Shown: in pieces, positions 1 through 9,761 of the stretch
Numbering within the stretch: position 1 is the first letter of the stretch
Layout of the letters: the number at the start of each line of letters is the position of its first letter
Source: an uncultured delta proteobacterium
GTDB lineage: Bacteria; Myxococcota; Kuafuiibacteriia; Kuafuiibacteriales; Kuafuiibacteriaceae
DNA length: 64,000 nucleotides
Direction of reading: 5' to 3'
NCBI GenBank assembly: GCA_963803435.1
Contig: CAWDML010000001.1
Location: forward strand, 64,001-128,000
Position numbers and translations under genes: made by a program
The notes under the pieces: generated by a model
What the model saw: only the letters and a program-made list of their open reading frames with translations
Databases searched by the model: none
What the model was told of the DNA's origin: nothing

Positions 1-75
1 GGACACAACACGGCGCCGAAGACCGGAGTCTCCAGTGGCGGGGATCCAAGACCCTAGCTAGGGTGCTGCCCGCAG

Positions 76-594
76 TTGGCGTCACGAAAGACCGAGATCA
101 AACGCTTCATGCGACGGCTCCCCGACCCGGCCACGCGCATCGCCTTTCTGCTGGCGGACGTGGAGGATCCGGTGAACGTCGGGTCGGCCTTCCGCATCGC
201 CGACGCCTGCGGCGCCGACCGGATGGTGCTCTGTGGGATCACCGCGCGGCCGCCGCACAAGCTCATCGGGAAGGTCGGCCGCGGTAAGGATCAGCGCGTC
301 ACCTGGGAGGCCGCCGAGGACGCGGTCGAAGCGATCGGCCGGATGAAGGCCGACGGGTGGCGGACGTTTGCGCTCGAGATCACCGGCTCCGCCCAGCCCT
401 ACTACGAGGTCGAGTGGCCGGCGAAGACGTGCTTGGTGGTGGGCCACGAGGACCACGGCGTGACCAAGAAGGTGCTGGCCGCCTGCGACCAGACGGTCTT
501 CCTCCCCATGTACGGCAAGGGCGCGTCGCTGAACGTCCACGTGGCGCTGGGGGTCCTCGCCTTCCACGTGCTCCATCACGACCGGATGTGTTAG
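76..594 (+). CDS. TrmH/SpoU family RNA methyltransferase
   Basis: SPOUT motifs 'VEDPVNVGSAFR', 'VVGHEDHGV', 'LPMYGKGASLNV'. Confidence 0.9.
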   Translation: MASRKTEIKRFMRRLPDPATRIAFLLADVEDPVNVGSAFRIADACGADRMVLCGITARPPHKLIGKVGRGKDQRVTWEAAEDAVEAIGRMKADGWRTFALEITGSAQPYYEVEWPAKTCLVVGHEDHGVTKKVLAACDQTVFLPMYGKGASLNVHVALGVLAFHVLHHDRMC

Positions 595-604
595 CCACCG
601 GTCC

Positions 605-2347
605 ATGGCCATGCGCGATCCCCACTCCCACGCCGACGACACCCAGCCGTCGACGCGCCACCTCAGCCTCGATCTCACCGTCGACTTCACCCGAAAGCAG
701 GTCGGCGGCACCGCGACGCTCGAGCTCGATCGACCCGCCGAGGGCCGCCTCGATCTGGACACGCGCGGGCTGGTGATCCAAGCGGTGAAGGACGGCGCCG
801 GCCAGCCGGTCCCGTTCGAGCTCGGCGCCGCCGATCCGATCAAGGGCGCGCCGCTCGTGCTCTCGACGCGGGCCGACCGCGTCGCGATCACCTATCACAC
901 GGGACCCGACGCCTCGGCCCTCCAGTGGCTGGAGCCGTCCCAGACCATGGGGAAGAAGCACCCCTACGTCTTCACGCAGTGTCAGGCGATCCACGCGCGC
1001 TCGGTGATCCCGTGCCAGGACACGCCGCGCGTCCGCAGCACCTACGAGTGCGCGCTCTCCGTGCCACCGGCGCTGACCTCGGTGATGGCGGCGGCGATGG
1101 TGGAGCCGAACCGCTTCCGGATGCCGCAGCCGATCCCGAGCTATCTGTTCGCGTTCGCGGTGGGGAACCTGTCGGCTCGGGACCTGGGGCCGCGCTCCCG
1201 CATCTACTGCGAGCCTGAGCAGCTCGACCTGGCCGCCTGGGAGTTCGCAGGCGTCGACGGCATGCTGCTCGCCGCGGAGCGCCTCTTCGGTCCCTACCCG
1301 TGGGATCGCTACGACCTCCTGCTGATGCCGCCGGCGTTCCCGTACGGTGGGATGGAGAATCCGCGTCTCACGTTTCTGACGCCGACGGTGATCGCCAAGG
1401 ACCGCAGCCTCGTGAACGTGGTGGCGCACGAGCTCGCGCACTCGTGGACGGGCAACCTGGTCACGAACGCCGACATGAACCACTTCTGGCTGAACGAGGG
1501 GTTCACGGTCTACGCGGAGCGGCGGATCCTCGAGGCCCTCGACGGTGAGGAGGCCAAGGCCCTCCACGCGGCGCTGGGACGGATCGGGCTCGAGGAGGAC
1601 GTCGCACGCCTGGCGAGCCGCGACCCGCAGCTGACGCGGCTCGAGAACTCGCTCGAGGGCACCGATCCCGACGAGGTGTACTCGCTGGTCCCATATGAGA
1701 AAGGCTACCTGTTCCTGACACGGCTCGAAGTCGCGGTCGGACGCGAGCGCTTCGACGGGTTCCTCGGCCGCTACATCGACACGTTCCGCTTCCGCTCGAT
1801 CACCACACAGGACTTCCTGGCGTTCCTCGATCGCGAGCTTCCCGAGGCGAAGCAATCGGTGGACGTCGAGGCCTGGGTGCACGGCACCGGCATCCCCGCC
1901 GACGCGCCCGAGGCCCGCTCGTCGCGGCTCGATCGCGTGCGCGCGCTCGTCGATCGATGGGCCCGCGGCGATCGACCGAAGGAGGCCGAGCTCGCCGCGC
2001 TCGACGCGACCGAGTGGCAGGTCCTCCTGGGCCGCCTCGAGAAGACGCGCTCCGCGGACGACTGCGCCTGGCTCGACCGGACGTTCGGCCTCGCCCGCTC
2101 GAACAACTACGAGATCCGGGTCGCCTGGCTCACCATCGCGGCCGCCTCCGGTTGGGCGCCCGCCTACCCCGCGATCGAGGAGACGCTGCACGAGGTGGGG
2201 CGCATGAAGTATCTCCGCCCGCTCTACCAGGCGCTCATCGCCGAAGGCTCCGAAGGTGAGGCGGTCGCACGGCGCGCGTTCGAGCGTTCCCGCGCCGGTT
2301 ACCACCCGGTGGCCCAGGCGCTGGTCCGGGGTCTGCTCGGTCAGTAG
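605..2347 (+). CDS. M1 family aminopeptidase (leukotriene A4 hydrolase-like)
   Basis: 'YGGMENP' and 'HELAHSW...WLNEG' zinc motif; LTA4H-like C-terminus 'GRMKYLRPLY'. Confidence 0.95.
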   Translation: MAMRDPHSHADDTQPSTRHLSLDLTVDFTRKQVGGTATLELDRPAEGRLDLDTRGLVIQAVKDGAGQPVPFELGAADPIKGAPLVLSTRADRVAITYHTGPDASALQWLEPSQTMGKKHPYVFTQCQAIHARSVIPCQDTPRVRSTYECALSVPPALTSVMAAAMVEPNRFRMPQPIPSYLFAFAVGNLSARDLGPRSRIYCEPEQLDLAAWEFAGVDGMLLAAERLFGPYPWDRYDLLLMPPAFPYGGMENPRLTFLTPTVIAKDRSLVNVVAHELAHSWTGNLVTNADMNHFWLNEGFTVYAERRILEALDGEEAKALHAALGRIGLEEDVARLASRDPQLTRLENSLEGTDPDEVYSLVPYEKGYLFLTRLEVAVGRERFDGFLGRYIDTFRFRSITTQDFLAFLDRELPEAKQSVDVEAWVHGTGIPADAPEARSSRLDRVRALVDRWARGDRPKEAELAALDATEWQVLLGRLEKTRSADDCAWLDRTFGLARSNNYEIRVAWLTIAAASGWAPAYPAIEETLHEVGRMKYLRPLYQALIAEGSEGEAVARRAFERSRAGYHPVAQALVRGLLGQ

Positions 2348-3231
2348 AACGCCATCAGGTCGCGGATGCGCGCGACCGTGCGGAGCTCGTGGGTGCGGAC
2401 GACGTGCGACCCGCACAGCATCGCGAGCACCGAGAAGAACGGCTCGGCGGCGCGACGCTCGTCGGCTCCGAAGAAGTCGGGTGCATGCGGCAGGATGTTG
2501 AAGACCGGAAAGCCGAGCTCGGCCAGACGGAACGTGTGGAGGAAGGTGTCGAGCTGGTGGCGCACGCGGAGCCGCCCGTCCTCGAGGTTCCGGTAGTAGA
2601 AGCCGAGCCCCGGATCGAGGAAACACTTCTCGACGCCCTTTCCACGCGCCGTCTCGGTGAGGTCGGTGAAGTAGCGGAGGAGCGCCTCCATCGGATCCGG
2701 CCCGAGCGCGAGGTCGTCCACGTCGCGAACGGTCTCGCCCTGCACGTGGCAGAGGATGACGGCCGCGCCGTGTCGTGCCGCCAGCTCGAAGACGGCGTCC
2801 GACTCCCGCATGCCGGTGAGATTGAAGATCTGCGCGCCGGCGTGGGCGCACGCCTCCAGGACCTCGGGGTGATAGCTCTCGACCGACACCAGCGCGCCCC
2901 GCTCGATCAGCCCCCGCACGACCGGGAGCAGGCGATCGAGCTGCCGCGCGACCTCCACGACCTCGGCGTCGGGCAGCGTCGATTCGGCGCCGACGTCGAT
3001 CGCATCGGCGCCCTGGGCGAGCAGCATCGCTCCCCGCGCGAGCGCGTCCTCCGCGGTCCGCGCGACGCTCTCTGCGTACCAGGAGTCGGGCGACAGATTG
3101 ATGACGCCCATGAGATGGCGGCGCCGCTCGAAGTCCCAGAGGCGGCCACCCACCTCGAAGCTCTTCACCGGATGCACCAGGGCCGCACCGTGTGAATCGA
3201 GCACCGCGCGGATCGTGCGAAGATCGAGCAT
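2341..3231 (-). CDS. folP: Dihydropteroate synthase-like pterin-binding protein (divergent)
   Basis: 'MGVINLSPDSW', 'IDVGAEST', 'LDPGLGF', 'VVRTHE'; canonical SRK motif absent. Confidence 0.75.
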   Translation of the reverse strand: MLDLRTIRAVLDSHGAALVHPVKSFEVGGRLWDFERRRHLMGVINLSPDSWYAESVARTAEDALARGAMLLAQGADAIDVGAESTLPDAEVVEVARQLDRLLPVVRGLIERGALVSVESYHPEVLEACAHAGAQIFNLTGMRESDAVFELAARHGAAVILCHVQGETVRDVDDLALGPDPMEALLRYFTDLTETARGKGVEKCFLDPGLGFYYRNLEDGRLRVRHQLDTFLHTFRLAELGFPVFNILPHAPDFFGADERRAAEPFFSVLAMLCGSHVVRTHELRTVARIRDLMAFY

Positions 3232-3271
3232 CCGATCGATTCTATGCGTTGAACCGGACTAATATCGAGCC

Positions 3272-4465
3272 GTGAACGATCCTGCCCGGCTGATCGACCA
3301 GGTGGCGGCACGCCTCCGCCCCCACTATCGCCGCTTCCTCGAGCCGCTGGGTGAGCAGATCCTGCTGACGGGCCACTCGCACCAGGCCTGGCCCGAGGCC
3401 TCGCGCCTGGGACAGATCGCCGCGTGGGACGAGGCGGCGCAGCTGTGCGATCAGAAGTGGGGGCGCGTCCTGGGCGAAGTGCTGGACGAGTTCCGCCGGC
3501 ACGTCGCGAACCGGATCGGGACGGTCCGCGCGGACGACCTCGCGCTCGCACCCAACACCCACGAGCTCGTGTATCGGCTCTCGACCTGCTTCGATCCGAA
3601 CGGCGCGGTCGTCACCACCGACGCGGAGTTTCACTCGCTGCGCCGCCAGCTCGCCCGATCGGCCGAGGCGGGTCTGCAGGTCACGCGCGTCCCCACGGAG
3701 GAGCCCAACTTCGTCGAGCGTTTCCTGGCCACGATCGACGAGGTTCGACCCGACTGGGTGGCGCTCTCGCTCGTGCTGTTCACGAACGCCCGCATCCTGC
3801 CGATCGAGCCCATCCTCGAGCGGTGCGCCGAGCGAAACCTCCCGGTCCTCGTCGACGCCTACCATGCCTTCAACGCGATCGAGATGGACGTCGATCGCTG
3901 GCCGGGCACGGTGTTCGTGTGCGGCGGCGGCTACAAATACGCCCAGATGGGCGAAGGCGCCTGCTGGTTGCTCCTGCCGCGCGACGCCGAGCGCTTCCGT
4001 CCCGTCTACACCGGGTGGTTCGCGGACTTCGACAACCTCGAGTCCATCCAGGAGACCGTGTCCTACGCTTCGGGCGGCATGCGCTTCTTCGGCTCCACCT
4101 TCGACCCGAGCGCCCTCTATCGTGGTGTGTACGTGATGCGCTTCCTCGACGAGATGGGGATGAGCGCGCCGGCGCTCCGCGAGGTGTCGCTGGCGGCGAC
4201 CCGGCTGATGATCGACGCCTACGATCGCCACTCGCTCGCCGGCACGGGCCTGCTCCTGGCCACGCCCCGGGAGCCCTCCCTGCGCGGGAACTTCATCACC
4301 TTCCGCCGGGACGACGCGAAGCGCGTGTGCGCCCGTCTCGCCGAGCGCGGCGTCCGGACCGACGTTCGCGGACCGCTCCTCAGGGTGGGTCCCGCACCGT
4401 ATCTCACCAGCGCAGAGATCCTCCGCGGGATGGAGATTCTGGCCGAGGTTGCTCGCACGCCCTGA
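3272..4465 (+). CDS. Kynureninase-like class V PLP enzyme
   Basis: 'LLTGHSHQAWP', 'VDAYHA', 'GGGYKYAQMGEG' (PLP lysine), 'RVGPAPY'. Confidence 0.8.
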   Translation: MNDPARLIDQVAARLRPHYRRFLEPLGEQILLTGHSHQAWPEASRLGQIAAWDEAAQLCDQKWGRVLGEVLDEFRRHVANRIGTVRADDLALAPNTHELVYRLSTCFDPNGAVVTTDAEFHSLRRQLARSAEAGLQVTRVPTEEPNFVERFLATIDEVRPDWVALSLVLFTNARILPIEPILERCAERNLPVLVDAYHAFNAIEMDVDRWPGTVFVCGGGYKYAQMGEGACWLLLPRDAERFRPVYTGWFADFDNLESIQETVSYASGGMRFFGSTFDPSALYRGVYVMRFLDEMGMSAPALREVSLAATRLMIDAYDRHSLAGTGLLLATPREPSLRGNFITFRRDDAKRVCARLAERGVRTDVRGPLLRVGPAPYLTSAEILRGMEILAEVARTP

Positions 4466-4475
4466 GCACGCTTCA

Positions 4476-6011
4476 ATGCCGGGCTCGGTGGCGGCGTTGA
4501 GACCCAAGGATTGGGTGCTGGGTATCGACCTCGGTACCACGAACACAGCGGCGGTCGCGTTCGGAGACGCTCCGGGGCCGGTGTCCATCCTTCACGGTCG
4601 CGACCGGCCGGTGATGCCGTCGGTCGTGTCGTTCAAGAACCCTCGCCTGCCGATCGTCGGTTGGATCGCGAAGGACATGCTCCTCTCCGATCCGCTCACC
4701 ACCATCTACGGCTGGAAGCGGTTCCTCGGGCGACCCGAGCGCAGCGAGTACGTCTCGCGCTATCGCGATCGCTTCCCGTTTCGGATCCACGCCAACCCGG
4801 AGGGACAGCTCGGGGCCGTCGTCGGCACGATGGTGTATCCGTTCACCGAGATCGCCGCGCTCGTGCTGGACCAGGTGCGGCTTCAGGCGAGCGCCGGGCT
4901 GGCGCGCGACCTCAAGAAGTGCGTCATCGCCGTACCGGCCCACTTCGCCAACGCCCAGCGCGAGGCCGTGATGGAGGCGGGGCGGCGCGCCGGCCTCGAG
5001 GTGCTCCGCCTGGTCAACGAGCCGACCGCGGCCGCCCTGGCCTTCGGCATCCACCAGCGGCTCGACAGCCGGGTGCTGATCTTCGATCTGGGCGGCGGGA
5101 CCTTCGACGCCACCATCCTGGAGGTGGTCGACAACATCTTCGACGTCAAGGCCACCCAGGGCGACGGCTTCCTGGGCGGGACCGACTTCGATCGCGCGGT
5201 CATGAACCACATGGTCGAGTTCTGCAAGAGCAAGCATCGGGTCGATCTCACCGAGGAGCCGGTGGTGGCGCAGCGCGTGCTCAACGCGGCCGAGGCGGCG
5301 AAGATCGCGCTCTCGTCGCAGGAGGCGATCCGCGTCCAGGTGCCGATGCTCGGCACCGACTCCCGCGGGAAGAAGTTCGACCTCGACTACGTGCTCTCGC
5401 GCGAGGAGCTCGAGCGGCTGACCGCGCCCCTCGTCGAGAAGACGATCGGCATCGTGGAGAAGATGCTCCTCAGCGAGGGCCTGACCGCCGGAGACATCGA
5501 CTACGTCATCGCGGTCGGCGGCCAGTCGCGCATGCCGCTGGTTCGCCGCCGGATCGCGCAGGTGCTCGGCAAGGAGCCACTCGCCCACCTCGATCCCGAT
5601 ACCTGCGTCGCGCACGGCGCTGCGCTGGTGGCGCACGGCCAGAACGATCTGGGCGGCGCCGTCCTGCTCGACGTGCTCTCGGTACCGATCGGCGTCGTCT
5701 TCCCGGGCGGCCGGACGGAGTTCGTCTTCCAGGCCAACACCTCGCTCCCGTCGACGGCTGTGGTGCGTCTCCCCGACCCGGGCGATCGCGGCCTCGTCAT
5801 CGGCTTCTGGCAGGGTGCCGACGTCACCTCGTCCGATCGTCAGGTCCTGGGCGTGGTCCGCATGACCCCTGGCCTGTTCAGCGTCGGCGCCGACTTCGGG
5901 CTCGAGGTGACGATGTCGGAGAGCCTCCAGCTCCAGGTCGCGTTCACCTCCAGCCTCGAGCGGGTCCCGCTCCTCCTCGAACGGCCCCGAAGCCCGAGCC
6001 CGGGCCGCTGA
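4476..6011 (+). CDS. Hsp70/DnaK-like protein with short atypical C-terminus
   Basis: 'GIDLGTTNT', 'NEPTAAALAFG', 'FDLGGGTFD', 'VGGQSRMP'. Confidence 0.9.
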   Translation: MPGSVAALRPKDWVLGIDLGTTNTAAVAFGDAPGPVSILHGRDRPVMPSVVSFKNPRLPIVGWIAKDMLLSDPLTTIYGWKRFLGRPERSEYVSRYRDRFPFRIHANPEGQLGAVVGTMVYPFTEIAALVLDQVRLQASAGLARDLKKCVIAVPAHFANAQREAVMEAGRRAGLEVLRLVNEPTAAALAFGIHQRLDSRVLIFDLGGGTFDATILEVVDNIFDVKATQGDGFLGGTDFDRAVMNHMVEFCKSKHRVDLTEEPVVAQRVLNAAEAAKIALSSQEAIRVQVPMLGTDSRGKKFDLDYVLSREELERLTAPLVEKTIGIVEKMLLSEGLTAGDIDYVIAVGGQSRMPLVRRRIAQVLGKEPLAHLDPDTCVAHGAALVAHGQNDLGGAVLLDVLSVPIGVVFPGGRTEFVFQANTSLPSTAVVRLPDPGDRGLVIGFWQGADVTSSDRQVLGVVRMTPGLFSVGADFGLEVTMSESLQLQVAFTSSLERVPLLLERPRSPSPGR

Positions 6012-6079
6012 CTTGCAGCCTCTGCACGTCTCGAGGGCGTGATCGGGTTCGCGCGGGCGTATTTCTCCGGTGGCCGGTC

Positions 6080-6095
6080 TGGCACGTTCTCTGCG
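6080..6095 (+). promoter_or_regulatory. Candidate sigma54 -24/-12 promoter
   Basis: TGGCACGTTCTCTGC, GG-N10-GC spacing, 13 nt before ATG 6108. Confidence 0.65.
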
Positions 6096-6107
6096 AGCAG
6101 GGGTCGG

Positions 6108-6530
6108 ATGCAGATCACCCGCCGGGACGCCGCCGCTCAGTATGCGAGCCGCCTCGCGGAGCGCGGAGAGCTTCACATCGACAGCCTCTCGCAGGGGAGC
6201 TTGCGCCGGCTGGAGGTCGAGCAAGGCGGGCGCATGCTCGACGCCGCCGGCTCACAGGCGCTGACCTCTGATCAATTGCGGGACCTCGACGGCATCACCG
6301 CCGCGTTCGAGATGCACGCCCAGGCGCTCGACGGGTGGCATCCATACCGCAACGACGCCGACCTCACCGCCATGCGGACGGGCGAGGCGCAGGCCGGTGC
6401 GCGCGAGGGTCGAACGCTGGAGGCGAAGATCGATCAACGGCTGGCGGGGCTCGATCGAAGAAGCGCGGAGTATCGCCAGCTCTCCGCGATGCGCACGCGG
6501 CTCGATCAGGCGATCGCGCGGCTGCCGTGA
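6108..6530 (+). CDS. Hypothetical helical protein
   Basis: ORF with high-GC codon pattern; start moved to ATG 6108 downstream of the sigma54 motif. Confidence 0.6.
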   Translation: MQITRRDAAAQYASRLAERGELHIDSLSQGSLRRLEVEQGGRMLDAAGSQALTSDQLRDLDGITAAFEMHAQALDGWHPYRNDADLTAMRTGEAQAGAREGRTLEAKIDQRLAGLDRRSAEYRQLSAMRTRLDQAIARLP

Positions 6531-6531
6531 G

Positions 6532-6996
6532 TCAGTCGCCGATCGAGAGTCGGTAGGTGAAGGTGGCGCCGGGCGGAACGTCGACCCACTCGGCGAGCTC
6601 GGTGTCGTCGAGCGCGACGCGGATCAGGTAGCGGCCCTCGATGATCTCGGTCGGCGGGAGCGGCGCCTGGCCCAGCTTCTTCTTGCCCAGGTAGACGGTC
6701 GCGCCTTCGGGCACGTCGAGCTTCAGGGTGCTGGTACCGAGGGGCTCAGCCTCGACGGGGCGTGGCTTGGGGCGAGAGCTGATCACCATCGGCTCGGGAT
6801 CTGCGACGACCTGGGCGACGATCTCCTCGCCCTCCATCTCCAGCGGCGGCGGCGGCGTGACGCGGGCCGGGGCCCGGAGCGGAGGGGCGGGCTCGGCGGA
6901 GGCCACCACCGCGCCCAGGACCAGCGCCGCCATGGCTGCGATCGGCATCACGATCTCCAGCGAGAGGCGGCGTTCGCGGAGGTTCACGTCGGACAT
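6532..6996 (-). CDS. Membrane-anchored PEGA domain protein
   Basis: N-terminal TM, Pro-rich linker, 'LDVPEGATVYLGKKKLGQAPL...GRYLIRV'. Confidence 0.75.
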   Translation of the reverse strand: MSDVNLRERRLSLEIVMPIAAMAALVLGAVVASAEPAPPLRAPARVTPPPPLEMEGEEIVAQVVADPEPMVISSRPKPRPVEAEPLGTSTLKLDVPEGATVYLGKKKLGQAPLPPTEIIEGRYLIRVALDDTELAEWVDVPPGATFTYRLSIGD

Positions 6997-7010
6997 CTCG
7001 GTTGACCGAT

Positions 7011-7026
7011 GGCAAAGCGCACGCCA
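7011..7026 (-). promoter_or_regulatory. Candidate sigma54 -24/-12 promoter
   Basis: Minus strand TGGCGTGCGCTTTGC, GG-N10-GC, ~15 nt before ATG 6996. Confidence 0.55.
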
Positions 7027-7120
7027 CGCGGTGCGGCTCGCGCATCGGCGGCGAGTGTCGCATCGTCCCCTCAGTCTGATGATTGCAGCCGGCAACGTGC
7101 GGGCTCGACGCCCCAGGATC

Positions 7121-8143
7121 TCAGAACAACAGGCCGCGGTAGCGCTCGAGATCCTCGAGGACGTTACCGACACCGTTCACCACGGCGAGGAGTGGATCCT
7201 CGGCCACGATCACCGGGATGCCGGTCTCCTCCCGGAGCACCTTGTCGAGCCCGGCGATCTGGGCGCCGCCGCCGACCAGAACGATGCCGCGCTCCGCCAG
7301 GTCGGCGGAGAGCTCCGGTGGGGTGCGCTCCAGCACGGAGCGCGTGGCCTCGACGATGACGTGGACCACGTCGGAGAGCGCCTCCATGACATCGTCGCCG
7401 GTGAACTTGATGGAGCGGGGCACGCCGGAGATCAGGTCGCGGCCCTTGGTCTCCATCTCGGTGTTCGGCGCCGAGGGGTGGACCTTCCCGATCCGCACCT
7501 TGATGCCCTCGGCCGTTCGCTCGCCGATCAGGATGTTGGAGCGGCGCCGCACGTACTGGATGATGGCGTCGTCCATCCGATCACCCGCGACCTTCAGCGT
7601 GCGATACGTGACGAGACCACCCAGCGAGATCACCGCGATGTCGGTGGTGCCGCCGCCGATGTCGATGATCATGCTGCCGCGGGCGTCCAGCACGGGGAGG
7701 CCGGCGCCCACCGCGGCCGCCATCGGCTGCTCGATCAGGAGCACCTCGCGCACGCCAGCGCCGAGCGCGGCCTCGCGGACCGCCTTGGTCTCGACGTCGG
7801 TGATGCCGGCGGGGATCGAGATGACGAGGCGCGAGCGGATCAGATGGTTCCGCTTGTGGGCGCGACGGATGAAGTACTTGAGCATCGCCTCGGTGACGGC
7901 GAAGTCCGCGATGACGCCCTCGCGCATGGGACGGATCGCTTCGATGTTGCCCGGCGTCTTGCCGAGCATCTCCTTGGCCTCGTGACCGACCGCGACCACC
8001 TTCCGGTTGTTGCCCTTGGTGATGGCGACGACCGAGGGCTCGTCGAGCACGATCCCGCGACCCCGCATGTGGACCAGCGTGTTGGCTGTTCCCAGATCGA
8101 TCGCGATGTCCTGAGAGAACATCCCGAGGAACCGATCGAACAC
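7121..8143 (-). CDS. mreB: Rod shape-determining protein MreB (actin-like)
   Basis: 'IAIDLGTANT', 'IRPMREGVIADF', 'DIGGGTTDIAVISLGG', 'TPPELSADL'. Confidence 0.95.
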   Translation of the reverse strand: MFDRFLGMFSQDIAIDLGTANTLVHMRGRGIVLDEPSVVAITKGNNRKVVAVGHEAKEMLGKTPGNIEAIRPMREGVIADFAVTEAMLKYFIRRAHKRNHLIRSRLVISIPAGITDVETKAVREAALGAGVREVLLIEQPMAAAVGAGLPVLDARGSMIIDIGGGTTDIAVISLGGLVTYRTLKVAGDRMDDAIIQYVRRRSNILIGERTAEGIKVRIGKVHPSAPNTEMETKGRDLISGVPRSIKFTGDDVMEALSDVVHVIVEATRSVLERTPPELSADLAERGIVLVGGGAQIAGLDKVLREETGIPVIVAEDPLLAVVNGVGNVLEDLERYRGLLF

Positions 8144-8162
8144 GGTCCCTCGCGTACCAGCG

Positions 8163-8624
8163 CTAACTTCTCTTGTCGAGGCTCTGGCGGACCGCTTTCA
8201 GCGCGTCGAGGTTCTGAACGTGGGAGAGCGCGGCCATCATGTGCTCTTTCGTCGCCTCGAGGAGGGCGTCGACCTCGGTCGAGCTCACCCCCAGCTGGGG
8301 GGACCATTCGCGGATCAGATCGTCCTCGGCCTGCGCATACTCGCCGTCCGCGAAGGCCAGGAGGATCAGGCTCTTGACGAACATCTTGGCGAGCTCCGGG
8401 GTGTCGAAGAGCGCCTTCGCGCGCTCGATCGCGAACGATCCGCGTGCGACCTCCTCCAGCTTGGGATCGCCCGCGCGCGCGCAGCCTTGATAGAACTCGC
8501 GGATCATCGACATCTCGTTGTCGTGGATGCCGTCGACCTTCGCCAGCGCCATCAGCGCGTGGGTGAGCACCTTGACCTGTTCGAAGGTGAGCTCCTGTTC
8601 GGCGAAGAAGCTGGGAACCGTCAT
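8163..8624 (-). CDS. TerB-like domain protein
   Basis: Two 'A-x-x-D-G-x(4)-E' motifs ('AKVDGIHDNE', 'AFADGEYAQAE'). Confidence 0.75.
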   Translation of the reverse strand: MTVPSFFAEQELTFEQVKVLTHALMALAKVDGIHDNEMSMIREFYQGCARAGDPKLEEVARGSFAIERAKALFDTPELAKMFVKSLILLAFADGEYAQAEDDLIREWSPQLGVSSTEVDALLEATKEHMMAALSHVQNLDALKAVRQSLDKRS

Positions 8625-8653
8625 GGTGCCCGCGTTCTAGCGTCCCCCGGGCC

Positions 8654-9712
8654 TCAGGGCAAGGCGACGCGATAGCGGAGGCCCTGCGAGGCGCGGTAGG
8701 TGACCGAGAGCGCCCCACCCCCCTGGACGGTGGCGCTGGCGGTGGTCTCCCGATCGTACCGGATCTCGAGGTAGACCGGCGGGGTGGGTGCTTCACCGAG
8801 GAAGCTGGAGACCGCGCCGGGCGGGATGGCATAGGCGCCATCGTCGTCCACCAAGCAGGTCAGGACCACCTCGCGCGGGACGTCGAAGACCTCGACCGTG
8901 ATCACGCCGTTCGACAGCTCGCTGGGCCGCCACAGCAGCTGGGGTGACGGGCTGATCGCGACGACCGATCCGCGCGGATACGAGAGGTCCTCGAACAAGA
9001 ACGGGGGCGCCGGAACCTGGACCAGCGTGCTGTCGACCGAGCCGGAGGTGCCGGTCCCGAAGATCTGGAACGAGGCGAACCGCGACTTGTTGTAGATGCG
9101 CTGGACCGGATCCTGGACCGGCTCGAAGCGGCCGTTCCCCACCGGATACATGGAGAAGGGAGAGAACGGCTGCGGTCCCGGGATCACCGAGATCTCCTGG
9201 GCCTCGAAGCCCGTGACGCTGCCACCGGTGAGCCGGCGCGTCGACACCCGGCAGGAGGTGCCCTCCGGGTCCACGAACGTCTGATCGGTGACGGCGTAGG
9301 CGGCGGCGTCCAGGTGCTGGAGGAGGCCGAGCGCGTGAAAGGCCGAGGTCGTCTCGCTGTCGTAGAGCTCGCCGGCCCAGACGAAGCCGAGGTCGCCCTG
9401 GCTGGGGAGCGTTCCCACGCCTGCGTCGCCGCTCGGGGCGCCGCCGTCCGGCCGGGGGCCCGCGTCGGGCGCGCCGGTTGCGGCGTCGAACCCGCCGGCA
9501 TCCGTGAGCACGCTCGCATCGCCGCCGGCGCGCTGCCCGCTGTCCTGTACGCCCGCATCTCGAAGCGGGGGCTGGCCGCCGGTGCTCTTTTCGCACAGGC
9601 CGCGGACGCACACCTCGTCGCCCGCGCAGTCGGAGAGGGCCGCACACTGCCGGTGATCGCACGCAGCTCCCAGCAGGCAGCTGCCGGCGAGGAACCCGAA
9701 GGCAAGCCGCAT
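8654..9712 (-). CDS. Cys-rich lipoprotein of unknown function (paralog of 18368..19454)
   Basis: Lipobox 'LGAAC', Cys-rich N-terminus, DAG-rich linker, beta-rich C-terminal domain. Confidence 0.7.
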   Translation of the reverse strand: MRLAFGFLAGSCLLGAACDHRQCAALSDCAGDEVCVRGLCEKSTGGQPPLRDAGVQDSGQRAGGDASVLTDAGGFDAATGAPDAGPRPDGGAPSGDAGVGTLPSQGDLGFVWAGELYDSETTSAFHALGLLQHLDAAAYAVTDQTFVDPEGTSCRVSTRRLTGGSVTGFEAQEISVIPGPQPFSPFSMYPVGNGRFEPVQDPVQRIYNKSRFASFQIFGTGTSGSVDSTLVQVPAPPFLFEDLSYPRGSVVAISPSPQLLWRPSELSNGVITVEVFDVPREVVLTCLVDDDGAYAIPPGAVSSFLGEAPTPPVYLEIRYDRETTASATVQGGGALSVTYRASQGLRYRVALP

Positions 9713-9761
9713 CCTCGTCATTATGGCCCGGATCCCGCTTCGGGTCGTACAATCTGTCTCG

